Below are positions 38,628-50,023 of a DNA stretch of 64,000 bases, in pieces. Below the pieces are notes generated by a model that saw only the letters and a program-made list of their open reading frames with translations, was not told where the DNA came from and made no database searches. Each line of letters starts with the position of its first letter. Position 1 is the first letter of the stretch. The position numbers and the translations under genes were made by a program. Location: positions 62,001 through 126,000 of the forward strand of contig PPNB01000014.1 in NCBI GenBank assembly GCA_003707115.1. Direction: 5' to 3'. Origin of the DNA: Tortispora ganteri (lineage: Eukaryota).

Positions 38628-40751
38628 ATGGAACAACAATCACCACCCTCTATCACCACTAAGCTACCTGCTGAGAAGCGGGAAGCGCCACCACACACCT
38701 CCGCTCCAGATCTCTCGGCTACGATTAACGCTGCTTCACCCAAATCGAAGCAAACCCCTGTCAGCAGTGACTCATTTCTTAGCAATTCGTCCGCGGACAG
38801 AATCGGCAGATACCATATCATTAAAACGCTGGGAGAAGGCTCGTTTGGAAAAGTCAAGTTGGCCTACAATGTATCAAACGGGCAACGAGTTGCTCTGAAG
38901 ATTATAAACCGCAAGACACTGGCAAAGTCAGATATGCAGGGCCGGGTCGAAAGGGAAATATCCTACCTGCGCTTGCTCAGACACCCACACATCATCAAGC
39001 TCTACGAAGTAATGAAGTCTCAAGACCAAATTGTTATGGTGATAGAATTTGCAGGCAGGGAACTGTTTGATTATATTGTACAGAAAGGAAGAATGTCAGA
39101 AGGAGAAGCTAGACGGTTCTTTCAGCAGATAATCTCTGCTGTCGAGTATTGTCACAGGCACAAAATTGTACATCGTGATCTCAAACCTGAGAACTTACTC
39201 TTGAACGATCAGCTCAAGGTAAAAATTGCTGACTTTGGCTTGTCAAATATTATGACTGACGGAAACTTCCTTAAAACGTCTTGTGGCTCTCCTAATTACG
39301 CTGCTCCAGAAGTTATCTCTGGTAAATTGTACGCCGGCCCAGAGGTGGATGTCTGGAGCTGTGGCGTCATCCTCTATGTAATGTTATGCGGTCGTTTGCC
39401 ATTTGATGACGAGTTTATTCCAAATCTCTTCAAAAAGATATCCGGTGGAGTTTATACAATCCCTTCTTATGTTTCATCGGGCGCTAAAAGCCTCCTCCAA
39501 CGAATGCTTGTCGTCGATCCTTTGAATCGTATCACCGTCCACGAGATCATGCAAGATCCATGGTTCCGCGTGGATTTGCCAGAGTATTTGTTACCCCCTG
39601 AAGAGCGTGATCAAATTGCAAAAGACAATAACAATGAAATTGACGACGCCGCAGTACGAGCATTAGCGCGGACGATGGGATATGATGTGGAGGACGTTTA
39701 CGAAGCATTAAGAAAGAACCCCACTGAAGACTCTGAAATATGTGATGCTTACTCTTTGATGAAGGAGAATCGCGCCCTAGGGAATGATACAGATAATATA
39801 CCGGAATTGGATTTTTCTAGCCAAGAAGGCAGCAACTCTCCACAGGTAAATAACCCATCATCAGCTTCACCTCAAACTCCCCGCTTTTCTGACACTCAGA
39901 AATCAGAACAGGGATATGCTCCTCGTGTATCGTTTCAATCCAACCTCCGACCTGCTCCCCCTACCCTCACCTTCTCCAAGACTCATCTACACCCAGGAAT
40001 TGAAACATCTGGCCTACGAACCCCTAGTACCACTGTTGCTATTCTTCCTTCATCTTTGCCTGCATTCCATCGTGCTAACATGATGGCATATTTCCCGCAA
40101 ATAAGCGAACGTATCCAGCCTTCATCTTCCCGGAAATCTAAAGCCAGATGGCATTTTGGAATTCGTTCCAGATCATATCCTTTAGATGTCATGGGGGAAA
40201 TTTATAGGGCATTGAAATGCCTTGGAGCAGAATGGGCTACTCCGGACAAGAATGATCCGTGGACAATTTATGTTCGCTGGCGGTACTTACCAGCCGGTGT
40301 AAAAGGTATCAAAGGTATTGACGTTCCAGATGAAGGGAACGATAATGATAAATCTATTGAAACGCCAGGCGGCTCAGATGAGTTTGGTGAAGAGCTTCAA
40401 CGGACTCTCTCACGTGATGACAGTGCTTATTTATCAACAGCTGAACTGAACTTTGAACAAGGATACTTGTTGAAAATGCAGATACAGTTATATCAACAAG
40501 AGCCGAACAACTATCTTGTTGATTTCAAATTTGATGGATGGGATAAACCAGACTTACCAAATTTAATTGAAAAGTCAGCGAAAAGTGCAGCGGAGTATCA
40601 ATCCGAATTTGATAAAGCATGTACTGACCACCCTTCCAACATTGAGATCCTCAGCGAGGAGGAAGTTGAAGGAACGAGATATTCAACTTATCCATTCCTT
40701 CATCTTGCTACACGGTTAATTGTGGAACTTGCAGTTAATTCTCAAGGCTAA
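38628..40751 (+). CDS. SNF1: AMPK catalytic subunit Snf1
   Basis: LGEGSFGKVKLA, DFGLSNIMTDGNFLKTSCGSPNYAAPE, WHFGIRSRSYPLDVMGEIY. Confidence 0.98.
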   Translation: MEQQSPPSITTKLPAEKREAPPHTSAPDLSATINAASPKSKQTPVSSDSFLSNSSADRIGRYHIIKTLGEGSFGKVKLAYNVSNGQRVALKIINRKTLAKSDMQGRVEREISYLRLLRHPHIIKLYEVMKSQDQIVMVIEFAGRELFDYIVQKGRMSEGEARRFFQQIISAVEYCHRHKIVHRDLKPENLLLNDQLKVKIADFGLSNIMTDGNFLKTSCGSPNYAAPEVISGKLYAGPEVDVWSCGVILYVMLCGRLPFDDEFIPNLFKKISGGVYTIPSYVSSGAKSLLQRMLVVDPLNRITVHEIMQDPWFRVDLPEYLLPPEERDQIAKDNNNEIDDAAVRALARTMGYDVEDVYEALRKNPTEDSEICDAYSLMKENRALGNDTDNIPELDFSSQEGSNSPQVNNPSSASPQTPRFSDTQKSEQGYAPRVSFQSNLRPAPPTLTFSKTHLHPGIETSGLRTPSTTVAILPSSLPAFHRANMMAYFPQISERIQPSSSRKSKARWHFGIRSRSYPLDVMGEIYRALKCLGAEWATPDKNDPWTIYVRWRYLPAGVKGIKGIDVPDEGNDNDKSIETPGGSDEFGEELQRTLSRDDSAYLSTAELNFEQGYLLKMQIQLYQQEPNNYLVDFKFDGWDKPDLPNLIEKSAKSAAEYQSEFDKACTDHPSNIEILSEEEVEGTRYSTYPFLHLATRLIVELAVNSQG

Positions 40752-41200
40752 AATGAATTGTGTGCGAAAAAAAAAGTGCTATGACATCATTTGTAAATCA
40801 GATGAGCTTGGATCTTATCTGTAATATTACTTGTTTTCTATACCTGCGTTTGATATTCTGTAAGGAGTATATAAATATTACTTAAATTTTACGGATGAAA
40901 ATATAGGTGGAATAGAAGAAACAAATGCATTACTATACATGCTATCGGGTACACAAAATAATAGAAATGAAACATAGCTCGGCAAAGGTAGCGCAAATAA
41001 GGAACATAAGTAAAAGCCTCGAAGAGACATTTACCAAAATGAAATCCGATACTTCACCTTTGCGATTAAGCCGAATAGCAAGCAAAAAGTATTACATGGA
41101 ATCATAGAAGAAACAACAATGCTTGCGAGCAGTTTGGCTCAGCTATAAGAGAAGAAGAGAAAAAACGAAGGGAATAGTAGCAATTTTCGTTTTGAGTGAT

Positions 41201-42447
41201 CTAAACTTGGCTCATTGTTGGAACACCTCCTCTAGGAGCAGAGCGACGGCTGGGCAAGCTTAAGCCGTTACGAGTAATGGCGATAGCGGACAGAATAAGT
41301 GAGGCTAAGAAGGTGAAGAAAGAGAAGTATAAGAACGCAGTAGCGGCCTGGGCTTCACGACAGCGCATAGAAGAGCCTTGAGCGACAGCGTTGCTATTCA
41401 AATAAGCCGTGTTTGAGCATGAATGTGTCCTTATAGCGACAGCCAAGGCAGTGGCACCGGCAAAGGTGAATACGACGTTTAGAAAGTCAAAAGAGGTGAG
41501 GAGAATGGGGAAAGCAAGAGCACTGAAAAACTGCGCTAATACACCATAGAACACGCCAAACAGTAAACCAAACACTGCGGCGAAGATGCTGTGGATAAGT
41601 TAGTAAAATGCAAAACATTATCGAAATAGTATCGCAATTGGATCAAAAAGTCATTCTTCTCTCTTTGCCGTTTAACAAGTGTAGTTTAATATGATTCTTT
41701 ATCGTTAAACAACGATCACATATGGCTTAATGTTTCCAAAACCTGATTTCGGCAGCTGCTAGATTGTCTATTCCCTTACTGCGAACGAAGCATCGAATAC
41801 GTAAGGTGTAAGCAGCGATGATATTTTCGCAAGGGAAATGTTTAATAAAGATAAAGTTTCGACAATTTCGTCAGATACTTGTATTAGGAAAAGGTAAACA
41901 AACCGAGAAAGAAAAGCTGTGGGAGGTGGGAGAACCATAGTAACACCCACAACTACTCTTGCCGCCCTAGTTGAATCGTAAGATACTGGCAAATAAATCC
42001 GCAAGCTGTTGAATAGAGAAATCAACATAAGAAATATACGGAATTAAAATCCATTGCGCACAGTTTCCATCAGCGGAGCATGATAAGCGAAAGTAATACC
42101 TCAGCTGGGAGAGTTTGAGCACAACGTGTGAGTGGAGTGACGAATGTGAATGAGCACCGACAATATCCGGTTTGTTCGTCAAAATGCGAAACGAGCACCG
42201 AGAGCGATTCATACAAGGTAAAGCTGAAAGGGCTTTAATAAGTAAAATTCATAACGGTAATAGGAGAGTAACTGTACGGGAAAGCGGAATTGAGAAGAGA
42301 AGATGACTATTTAGGTACTTACCAGAAATTAACCTGAGGGTTAACATTGGTTTGGGTATCGATCAAGTTGCCGACTAAACCGAGGATTATGACAAGCCAG
42401 ACGAAGTTGAGAATTCGAAGGGTAGAATTTGCTATGAACATAGACAT
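41201..42447 (-). CDS. NCE102: MARVEL tetraspan eisosome protein Nce102; exons 42447-42323 and 41588-41201
   Basis: Exon 1 MSMFIANSTLRILNFVWLVIILGLVGNLIDTQTNVNPQVNF, GTAAGT donor at 42322, TACTAAC...CAG acceptor at 41589; the split codon TG|C joins in frame to CIFAAVFG...THSCSN...RCREAQAATAFLYF. Confidence 0.92.
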
Positions 42448-43004
42448 TTTTCGTTAATTCAGAGTGATTTTTTGCAACTTAAGTGTGGGAATCAGGTGTG
42501 CAAAATATAATAGGAAGGTAGGTTTCACTGGAGACTTCCAACAGGTTCCCAAATAAAGCTTTTATGGAACACAGAGCCAGAAAAGCAATTGGCCAATAAT
42601 AAACATCAACCAGTAATAAGGTTTTTCATACGCAGCTTATTGGTAAGCGATCCTCTATTTTATCCAAAGAAGAACAAGCAGTTAAAATGCATAGAGTATC
42701 TTGATCAGGACAATTGCACAGTTTTGATAGTATGCTATGATATAATGCAAATGCTGCTTGCAATAGTCTGGTATTGCAAGCAGAAAGCAAAGATAACGCT
42801 ATTAGCTGCTGTCGATGTTCCATACGCCTGATCTATTAGATGATGTATCTGATGCAATTAAACCTTAGGGCGGCATAAACTAGTTCCGGTAGAGTTATTT
42901 GTTAATTGCTCATAGTATGAGTGGAAATTACTTTAAGAGTTACGTAGGCATTTAATGCGTGTGTTTCAGCTACTTTACTGCCTTTGACGGTCATGTCCCA
43001 TTGT

Positions 43005-43014
43005 ATGACGTCAT
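43005..43014. promoter_or_regulatory. Perfect CRE/ATF palindrome ATGACGTCAT upstream of NCE102
   Basis: Exact consensus for Sko1/Atf1-class bZIP factors; function inferred only. Confidence 0.4.
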
Positions 43015-43423
43015 GCAGGCACTTGACAATACCGACAACACCAGAATTTGTAAAACTAATCTAGACATAGTTTTAATAGTTAAATAATGTACCTTAGTTG
43101 TTAAATAAAACCAATGATAGTACCAGTGGTTTTCAATTTGCCATGATGTATTTGATCTTGTGATCTGGGCCCTTAGATCTCTAACAGTGCCAATCAATTG
43201 CAGTTTTTTGACCCAGTAAACAACGCTCTATTTGCGGCATAAACATCACTTTAAATAGATTATATGCTGTATTTTAAACTACAACAGTTTTCTGTGACTT
43301 TTCCGACTCTGAGTTGAGTTGGTCTACTTTCACAAGAAAGATATTAGAGTTTGTGTAATCGGCCAATACAGTAATAATTCAACGGTCTATTAAACTCAAT
43401 TTATATGTATTACTATTTTTATT

Positions 43424-45694
43424 TCATTTCGACTGTGCCATTGCAGCAGCCAATACTAATGAGTAGGTCCAAGATGCACCGTCATCAATCCATTTTGCTT
43501 GGTAGTTTCCCATAAAGAATCTGAGTGCCTGGTCAGGGTACGCGAGACTAAGGTTCTGGTAGAGTATGCCTTTCCAGCCAGAATCCACCTGATCGATACG
43601 GTTGCGGAAGACCGCGTCCCACTCTTCTTGTACAAATTTTTTGCTGCGGATGTATTTACTGACAGCCGTTATAGGAAGCATATGGATACCGTGAATGCAC
43701 TCGGGTGCCGGTGAGAAGTAAGTGGCATGGTCAATTTTATTCTCGAATAGAATGCCAGACACTTTGTTGGCGATGAGCGCAGCAGGCATGGTCTTATTGT
43801 CGCTGGCATATAGAAAGTAGTGATTAAATGAGCTTTTCATCATTGCTAGTTGCATTGCTGCGCGATGTTCTAGCGACTCATCGCCAGTTACCATTCCCCA
43901 CAGCATCAGACCGTGCACATGGTGGTAGTCTTCGGAGGTAGATTCTTGGTCTTTGCCGTCACCTGAACCAAACAGTCCTTTTGCCCACGAATGGCCGTGA
44001 AACCAGTCAAAAGCTCGAGATACAGGAAAGTATAAGTCGATTTCAGAAGGATTGGATATATCGCGAATCAGCATCTCGACCCAGGTGCGGTTTGTCTGAT
44101 CAGCGACCCATCCAGGATCGACTAGCGCGACTACTGCAGCCGCATGCACGAAGTAACCAAAATGGAAATGATGGTCATTATAGTAGCCATTTCCAAAATC
44201 ACTGCTAGCATTATCAAGTCCAGAACTAGACACTATACCATGAAACTTTGAATCGTAGACAAGTTTCGTCTTCTGCGCGTTGTTGATCCATAATTGAAGT
44301 GCCGCCTTCAGGCTCGCCAGCAGGATGCTGGCGCACATATCGTCCTTTAAGACGTATTTCGCGCACAGCAGCAGGTACGCGTACTTGTCGAGCTTCTTAC
44401 CCGAGAAGTAAACACTGTCCAGGTTGCATTCCTGTACGATGGCCGCCTTTAGGCTTTCTGCAGACAAATCTGCAAACCTGACATCGGAATAGATAGTGGT
44501 ACGCAGTTTTTGAAGCACATCTGAGTGTAGTTCAAGATTCGGGGCGTCCAAGGATTTTTCGGACGAGCAGGTAGAGGGCAGAAAGTACGCATTAGACCTG
44601 TTAGGCAATTCGACTTCGAGGACCATATCTGTTAGCAGAAAAGCTTGCATCTCGCCCTTGGAAGTAGAATCCATTTTTAAAGTTGTCGCACATGCTTTGG
44701 TAGCGCTGTTCATCATTTCCACATGGTGCGGAAGCGCGAACTGCAGAACAGGACGGGTAGTGTTGTCTTCTCGACGGTATTGATACTGGAGAGTACCTTT
44801 TCCGTTAGCATAGCTGCCGAGGATCGATACGGAACGCACATATGCACCCGCAGCCCGGTCGTAGACAGATTCGTCCTGCGCTGTAGGCAAGAATGCCGCC
44901 TGTACAAGACACTGTGCATGCGAGTTGGCGGCTTGGATGCGGCCCTGCTGCAGCGATAAAGTCAAAGATGCGTCCGAATTGGTGGAAGAGTGGCCAGGAG
45001 TTGCATAAATAAGCCATACGGAGTTATCGTACAGTACAGCGCGGTATTTCAATGTAGCGCCATTGACTGTGCCCGCATACTGCACGTCTCTGAACCCGAC
45101 CTTGGAATTGATGAAGGGTGTAGCGTTGAAGTACTTTGCCGATACAAACCCCATGCCCTGTACAGCTGGGAACCATATACGTTGCTTCATATTGACCTTA
45201 TTTGTAAAGAAGCAGTTGATCGACATTGTCTCAGGAGAATCGAGTGTCATTTCGAGGTTGTCGGCTGCGATCTCGCGTGCACCAAACTCGAGAGATGCTA
45301 CACCAATAGGAGCAAAATAGTACTGGCTTGATCCACTGCACTGAGTAGCACCGCCAAAAACAAATGTGCTTTTCGGTCGGTAACTGACAGCTAATGCGGA
45401 GGAGGCGCGGTCTAGCCATAAACTGTACGGATGCGTCCAGACGGGATCGGTTTGTTCATTCACAAGCCATGCTCCATAGAACTTGTTCGTCCCTGTAGGT
45501 TTTTGTTTGTCTAAACCTGGTTTTAGGGGCAAAGGGTGTTCGCGTGAACCGAGTAACTGTGCAGGATCAGTTTGAGTTGTCGCAATCGGTTCAAACAGCT
45601 TGCCAGCAGTAGATCGCACGCCACACTCTTTCGCGAGATTACAGTACAGCTCAGGCTTGTCAGTGGGAACGTATATTCCGTTGATAGAAGGCAT
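43424..45694 (-). CDS. ACF2: GH81 endo-1,3-beta-glucanase, cytoplasmic Acf2/Eng2 type
   Basis: TNKFY, VWTHPYSLW, DFGNGYYNDHHFHFGY, DGKDQESTSED, IHGIHMLP; no signal peptide. Confidence 0.88.
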   Translation of the reverse strand: MPSINGIYVPTDKPELYCNLAKECGVRSTAGKLFEPIATTQTDPAQLLGSREHPLPLKPGLDKQKPTGTNKFYGAWLVNEQTDPVWTHPYSLWLDRASSALAVSYRPKSTFVFGGATQCSGSSQYYFAPIGVASLEFGAREIAADNLEMTLDSPETMSINCFFTNKVNMKQRIWFPAVQGMGFVSAKYFNATPFINSKVGFRDVQYAGTVNGATLKYRAVLYDNSVWLIYATPGHSSTNSDASLTLSLQQGRIQAANSHAQCLVQAAFLPTAQDESVYDRAAGAYVRSVSILGSYANGKGTLQYQYRREDNTTRPVLQFALPHHVEMMNSATKACATTLKMDSTSKGEMQAFLLTDMVLEVELPNRSNAYFLPSTCSSEKSLDAPNLELHSDVLQKLRTTIYSDVRFADLSAESLKAAIVQECNLDSVYFSGKKLDKYAYLLLCAKYVLKDDMCASILLASLKAALQLWINNAQKTKLVYDSKFHGIVSSSGLDNASSDFGNGYYNDHHFHFGYFVHAAAVVALVDPGWVADQTNRTWVEMLIRDISNPSEIDLYFPVSRAFDWFHGHSWAKGLFGSGDGKDQESTSEDYHHVHGLMLWGMVTGDESLEHRAAMQLAMMKSSFNHYFLYASDNKTMPAALIANKVSGILFENKIDHATYFSPAPECIHGIHMLPITAVSKYIRSKKFVQEEWDAVFRNRIDQVDSGWKGILYQNLSLAYPDQALRFFMGNYQAKWIDDGASWTYSLVLAAAMAQSK

Positions 45695-46659
45695 TCTTTA
45701 GATATTGTAATTTAAATACGCTCTTGCAGCGTAACCGCTATATATATAATGACCTCGATTGCTTCTCGCGACCGTTAGGGACCCTGATGCGAAAGGGTAT
45801 CCAATTACGAAAACGTGAAGCTGTTCGTTCTTTTTAAGAACGTTTAAGAGGGGGACTTTAGCGAATTGCAAAGGAACGAGCGTCTGATGGATGATAGCCG
45901 TGCTGCTTGATCGATTGATTGCGGATCGGAATCAAGGTTGAGGCTGGGGTGCAGGGCTGCAATGTCCTTCACGTTCAATCAAGTTTTATCAAGATTGGTA
46001 AATTTGTTCCATTCGGTCTAAAGTTGAGAAGTCACATACATTAGTCAGCAGCTGCATATACACAAGTACGTTTACAAGTCTACAAGCGGCTAATGTCAAA
46101 AACTATACATATTAGTTAAGACGTGGTCGTAATCAGAAAGACAACAGACAGAAGACTCAAAGCTGACAAACTCGCTCGAGTGCCGCATGTCTTTTCATCC
46201 AGAATAATCCATTAGAATGAAAGGGGGTTCGGTTAACATAATAGAGACATGATACTGTAAGAAACTGAGCGCTCTAAAAGTTAAGTTTCGTACGACGCCA
46301 ATGTCGTCGCTTAGCGTTGTATCGGATAGTGTTGTTGGTCTTCAGACGGAACCAGTGGGGAATAGGACGGTTCTGTTTCTGCTTCTTAGCAAGCTTCTGC
46401 TTGATACGGAAAGTCTTTAAAGAAGGCATTGTTGATTAGTTTTGAAAGGTATCTAGGTACAAATGTGCGTGGGTGTTGTAGCTACATGTCCCACCTGCAT
46501 ACGTCAAAGCAACGTGACTGCTATTGACTTTAGGGTAAATTTTGAAACCTTATATCAAGCCAACCCTATATCTACAAATTATCGTTTAACAAGACAGGTT
46601 AATGCGCACATTGATTAATTACATTCTCCTTTTTGAAAAGCAAAAAAGACATTATATCA

Positions 46660-48240
46660 TTAAATAGCTTGCCGATCAGCGGTTCGCGGTCGGGCACGTA
46701 GAATATTGTCCACTCGTAGAAGCAACTCAGCTGCCTCGGAGGCCGAAGACACGACTGCTCTTTTCAATTTATAGCTTTCGACAACGCCGAGTTCGTTCAT
46801 ATCGGTAATCTGTCCGTTGTCTAGATCTAAACCAGAATTGTCTAATCCACCATACACCGCAGCTCTTAGCTTAGCGACGAGATCGGTTGAATCTAAACCG
46901 GCATTGTCAGACAGAATAGTAGGAATTTGACGTAAAGCTTTGCCAAAAGACTCAACAGCTAGTGCCTGCTTGCCATCAATATTTCGCGCAGCATTATCCA
47001 CAGCCTTAGACATAACCATTTCAGAGCATCCACCACCAAATACCGTTCTCGTTTCTTCGACAGTTTGTGTTAACACCGAAAGCGCATCATGCAATGCACG
47101 TTCCGCTTCATCCAACACAGCCTCAGACGATCCGCGCAGGACTACCGTGCACGCTTCGCCAACAGGAACTCCTGAAAATCTAATCATAGAGTCTTCACCG
47201 ATAATAACTTCTTCGATCAGATCGCAGTGACCTAATCGCACAAGTTCTGGGTGGTCAAATGTCGAAACGATTTCGCCGCCAGTGACAAGAGCAAGGCGTT
47301 CAATACCGTCAAAATCGGCATGCTCTATAGAAGATATTTTGGAATCCGCAAACAATTGTTCAGGCCAGTTGTAGATCAACTGTCTGTTAACAAAACAATT
47401 TATACCGAAATTTTTGATTTTTTCGACTTTGGCTGCCATTTTTTCGCGTTCTACACGTTCAAGCTCAGCCAGTTTACTAGTTGTATCGACTCTGACTCTA
47501 GCACCAAAGATTTTGATTTTGTCTGTATCCATAGGGGTATTCGCAATGAGAATTTTGGCGTCTTTGATCACTTTGGGCTGGTTTACGCCAAACTTTTTAG
47601 GGAGAATGAAGCCTTCGTCCAGATAACTGTCGGCCAGTCTTCCGCCAGGCACCTTAATTATTTGGATATGCTCCAGATTTGACGAGCCTTTCAGACGTAA
47701 GACGGCATCCACCGCTAAGTTAGCGAAATAATCTTTATCCTGGTTAAGTACTTTCGAAGACAAGGTGGTGCGCGCAATAGAGACTAAATCTTTACGAAAC
47801 TTTTCAGGGTCAGACGAGTTGTCACGAGCTACTCTGTCTAAGGCTTCAATAGCAACTGTTTTAGCAATTCTATATCCTTCGATAATGATTTGCGGGTGTA
47901 TCTTGCTATTGACCAGTTGTTCAGCTTCACGAAGAAGCTCGGCAGCAAAAACAGTGACAGACGTTGTTCCATCGCCAACTTCATCGTCTTGCACCTTTGA
48001 CAGATTAACCAAAACCTTTGCAGCAGCGTTATCTAAAGCGATCGATTTTAGAATGGTGGCACCATCATTAGTCACCATGCTCTCTCCAGAGGAGGCGCTC
48101 TGAAGAAGTTTATCCATACCCTTGGGGCCAAGAGTAGTTTTGACGAGGTCGCCTACTGCTATAGCACCTACAAAGGCCGACATACGGGCGTTTTCAGCGC
48201 GTTCCTCAACAGCCTGGTCTTTAAAGATATTCATAGACAT
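46660..48240 (-). CDS. CCT2: Chaperonin CCT/TRiC beta subunit
   Basis: [45 protein letters not shown]; first ATG at 48240. Confidence 0.97.
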   Translation of the reverse strand: MSMNIFKDQAVEERAENARMSAFVGAIAVGDLVKTTLGPKGMDKLLQSASSGESMVTNDGATILKSIALDNAAAKVLVNLSKVQDDEVGDGTTSVTVFAAELLREAEQLVNSKIHPQIIIEGYRIAKTVAIEALDRVARDNSSDPEKFRKDLVSIARTTLSSKVLNQDKDYFANLAVDAVLRLKGSSNLEHIQIIKVPGGRLADSYLDEGFILPKKFGVNQPKVIKDAKILIANTPMDTDKIKIFGARVRVDTTSKLAELERVEREKMAAKVEKIKNFGINCFVNRQLIYNWPEQLFADSKISSIEHADFDGIERLALVTGGEIVSTFDHPELVRLGHCDLIEEVIIGEDSMIRFSGVPVGEACTVVLRGSSEAVLDEAERALHDALSVLTQTVEETRTVFGGGCSEMVMSKAVDNAARNIDGKQALAVESFGKALRQIPTILSDNAGLDSTDLVAKLRAAVYGGLDNSGLDLDNGQITDMNELGVVESYKLKRAVVSSASEAAELLLRVDNILRARPRTADRQAI

Positions 48241-48756
48241 GTCTGCCGCACTGTTTAATTTGCCAGTAGGAAACTCTAAACCTGTTAACTTGATTGAGCG
48301 TGAATGGCGTAGAGGACCACAGAATGACACAGAAATTGAAAGTGTACATATGTATTGCCATAGCAACGTTTTACTACCGGGTAAAAATCCAAAATGTTAA
48401 CCCCGTAAGCAGATCGCGGGACCAAATAACTTTAAATATTTAAGGTTTTTCAAGTCCATTTTTTCCTTGACAGCCACCGCCCCCTTTTGGCACATTCACA
48501 TCCACCCTGTGCAATCCCAAGTCTCGACTCTGCTTTGCCCCTTACTTCTACTTGACGCAATTGCTGTGGCACTTCTCAGAAAGTTGATATCCAGAATCAC
48601 TTTTAAGCATTTTTTTTTGCTAGAATAACGTAGAAATACCTCTAAATTTGTTCTTATAGAGTATTTCAAGCGTCTGGAGTGCAATCGAACATACATTTCG
48701 TGGCAGTTACCCTGCATAGTGATACTTTCGATTTTTTTCGTTCGCGGAAATTAAGA

Positions 48757-49863
48757 ATGGCGTGTCAAAATCAAAGGAATGGGAATGTAGCAGTGAGTAG
48801 ACCGAAGGCTAACGACATGAAAATAAAAAAGCCAGAAAGCCGTCGACCTTCGAGGCGGTCTTCGCGTCTTAGCGGGCCTATACCGCCATCGTCGGCTATG
48901 GCCAAAGGCGCTTCTGAGTTGTCTCGTTTGGCGAGGTCTGCCTCGAGCTCTGTAGCCGGGTGTGCGCGCTCGAAAAAGATGTCACATTATGCGACTACTG
49001 GTAGTAAGCCGACTGTTAAGTTTGATCTCAGTTCGGCGGATGGCTCGCGCGAAGGGCTCATGTCTCCGGAGTCATCACACTCGGAGTCTGGTATGTCGCC
49101 AGAGTCTTATGAACCATTGAGCGATGATTGCCTTGCAATATCAACAGAGACCTGCAGTGGTAATGAGATTGAGAATGTCAGCATAGATGCTCCTTTAACA
49201 CCAGCGGACTCCACTGCGCCTTCTCCGAAATCCGATGAAGACATTAATAACGACGCGCTATCTTTATCGAATACGTCTCTTGAGGACCGAGCGGAGAATA
49301 AAATTGAGTATGAAAACGAAAACGACCACGAAAATCAAAACGAAAACAAGATGAACATTGAAAGCAAGACTGAAACTAATATCACACAACATAACGCCGT
49401 TCTACCGGCTGTCTCATCTACTTACACATCTTCTATACCTAACAATACTGTTGCCAGTGCCGACGAATCTGTGGCCATTGCGGAAATGGATGGTGATTCT
49501 GAGAATGCTGGCGCGTCAATTAAGATCGACTATATAGCGCTTACGTCGGCGTTGAATTTGTTGAATACGCAGAAACATGTTGCCGAGAGCGATATTCTGA
49601 AGCTGGAATATTTGAAACGACGATCTATGGAAAATCCGGAACAAGTTGTTAATGAGCTCAGCACATCAGGACGGTTATCTGAGATTCCAGAGATGCAGCA
49701 AATAGTGCGCGCTCCTATGATACTCTGGAAGAAATACGGCATTTCTAATCCTGAGTTAGAAAAGCAACTAAAACAGGGTATAGTTTCTCGACAAACTGGG
49801 TTTGGTGTTTGCCGTTTGTTTGGTGACGCACCCGGACAGAAGAAACTGTACTCGTCAACATGA
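48757..49863 (+). CDS. Disordered protein with a C-terminal ZZZ3/Ahc2-like helical domain
   Basis: C-terminal DYIALTSALNLLNTQK...DI..L......ENPEQVV..L...PEMQQIVRAPMILWKKY pattern; first ATG at 48757. Confidence 0.55.
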   Translation: MACQNQRNGNVAVSRPKANDMKIKKPESRRPSRRSSRLSGPIPPSSAMAKGASELSRLARSASSSVAGCARSKKMSHYATTGSKPTVKFDLSSADGSREGLMSPESSHSESGMSPESYEPLSDDCLAISTETCSGNEIENVSIDAPLTPADSTAPSPKSDEDINNDALSLSNTSLEDRAENKIEYENENDHENQNENKMNIESKTETNITQHNAVLPAVSSTYTSSIPNNTVASADESVAIAEMDGDSENAGASIKIDYIALTSALNLLNTQKHVAESDILKLEYLKRRSMENPEQVVNELSTSGRLSEIPEMQQIVRAPMILWKKYGISNPELEKQLKQGIVSRQTGFGVCRLFGDAPGQKKLYSST

Positions 49864-50023
49864 ACGATGCGGGAGATTTATTAACAGTCTGCAAAAGACG
49901 ATTATATATATCCCTTGTTCAACACTCCTTTCACCTTTAATTACACTATCAGAATTTTGTACAATTATACTTATCATTTTTATGTTTACTAGAATATCAT
50001 TAGTAGTAGTAGCCTCGTTAGTG

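Noticed and set aside
34990..39070. Alternative CUG-Ser/Ala genetic code
   Set aside because: CTG falls at conserved Leu positions (NFS1 RHLQ, SNF1 ELFDY), consistent with the standard code.
45849..45862. AAAGTCCCC (minus strand) as the RNase MRP P4 motif
   Set aside because: The partner GGGGCTYA motif is absent, and the site is ~150 bp before the ACF2 ATG; a STRE (CCCCT) is the simpler explanation.
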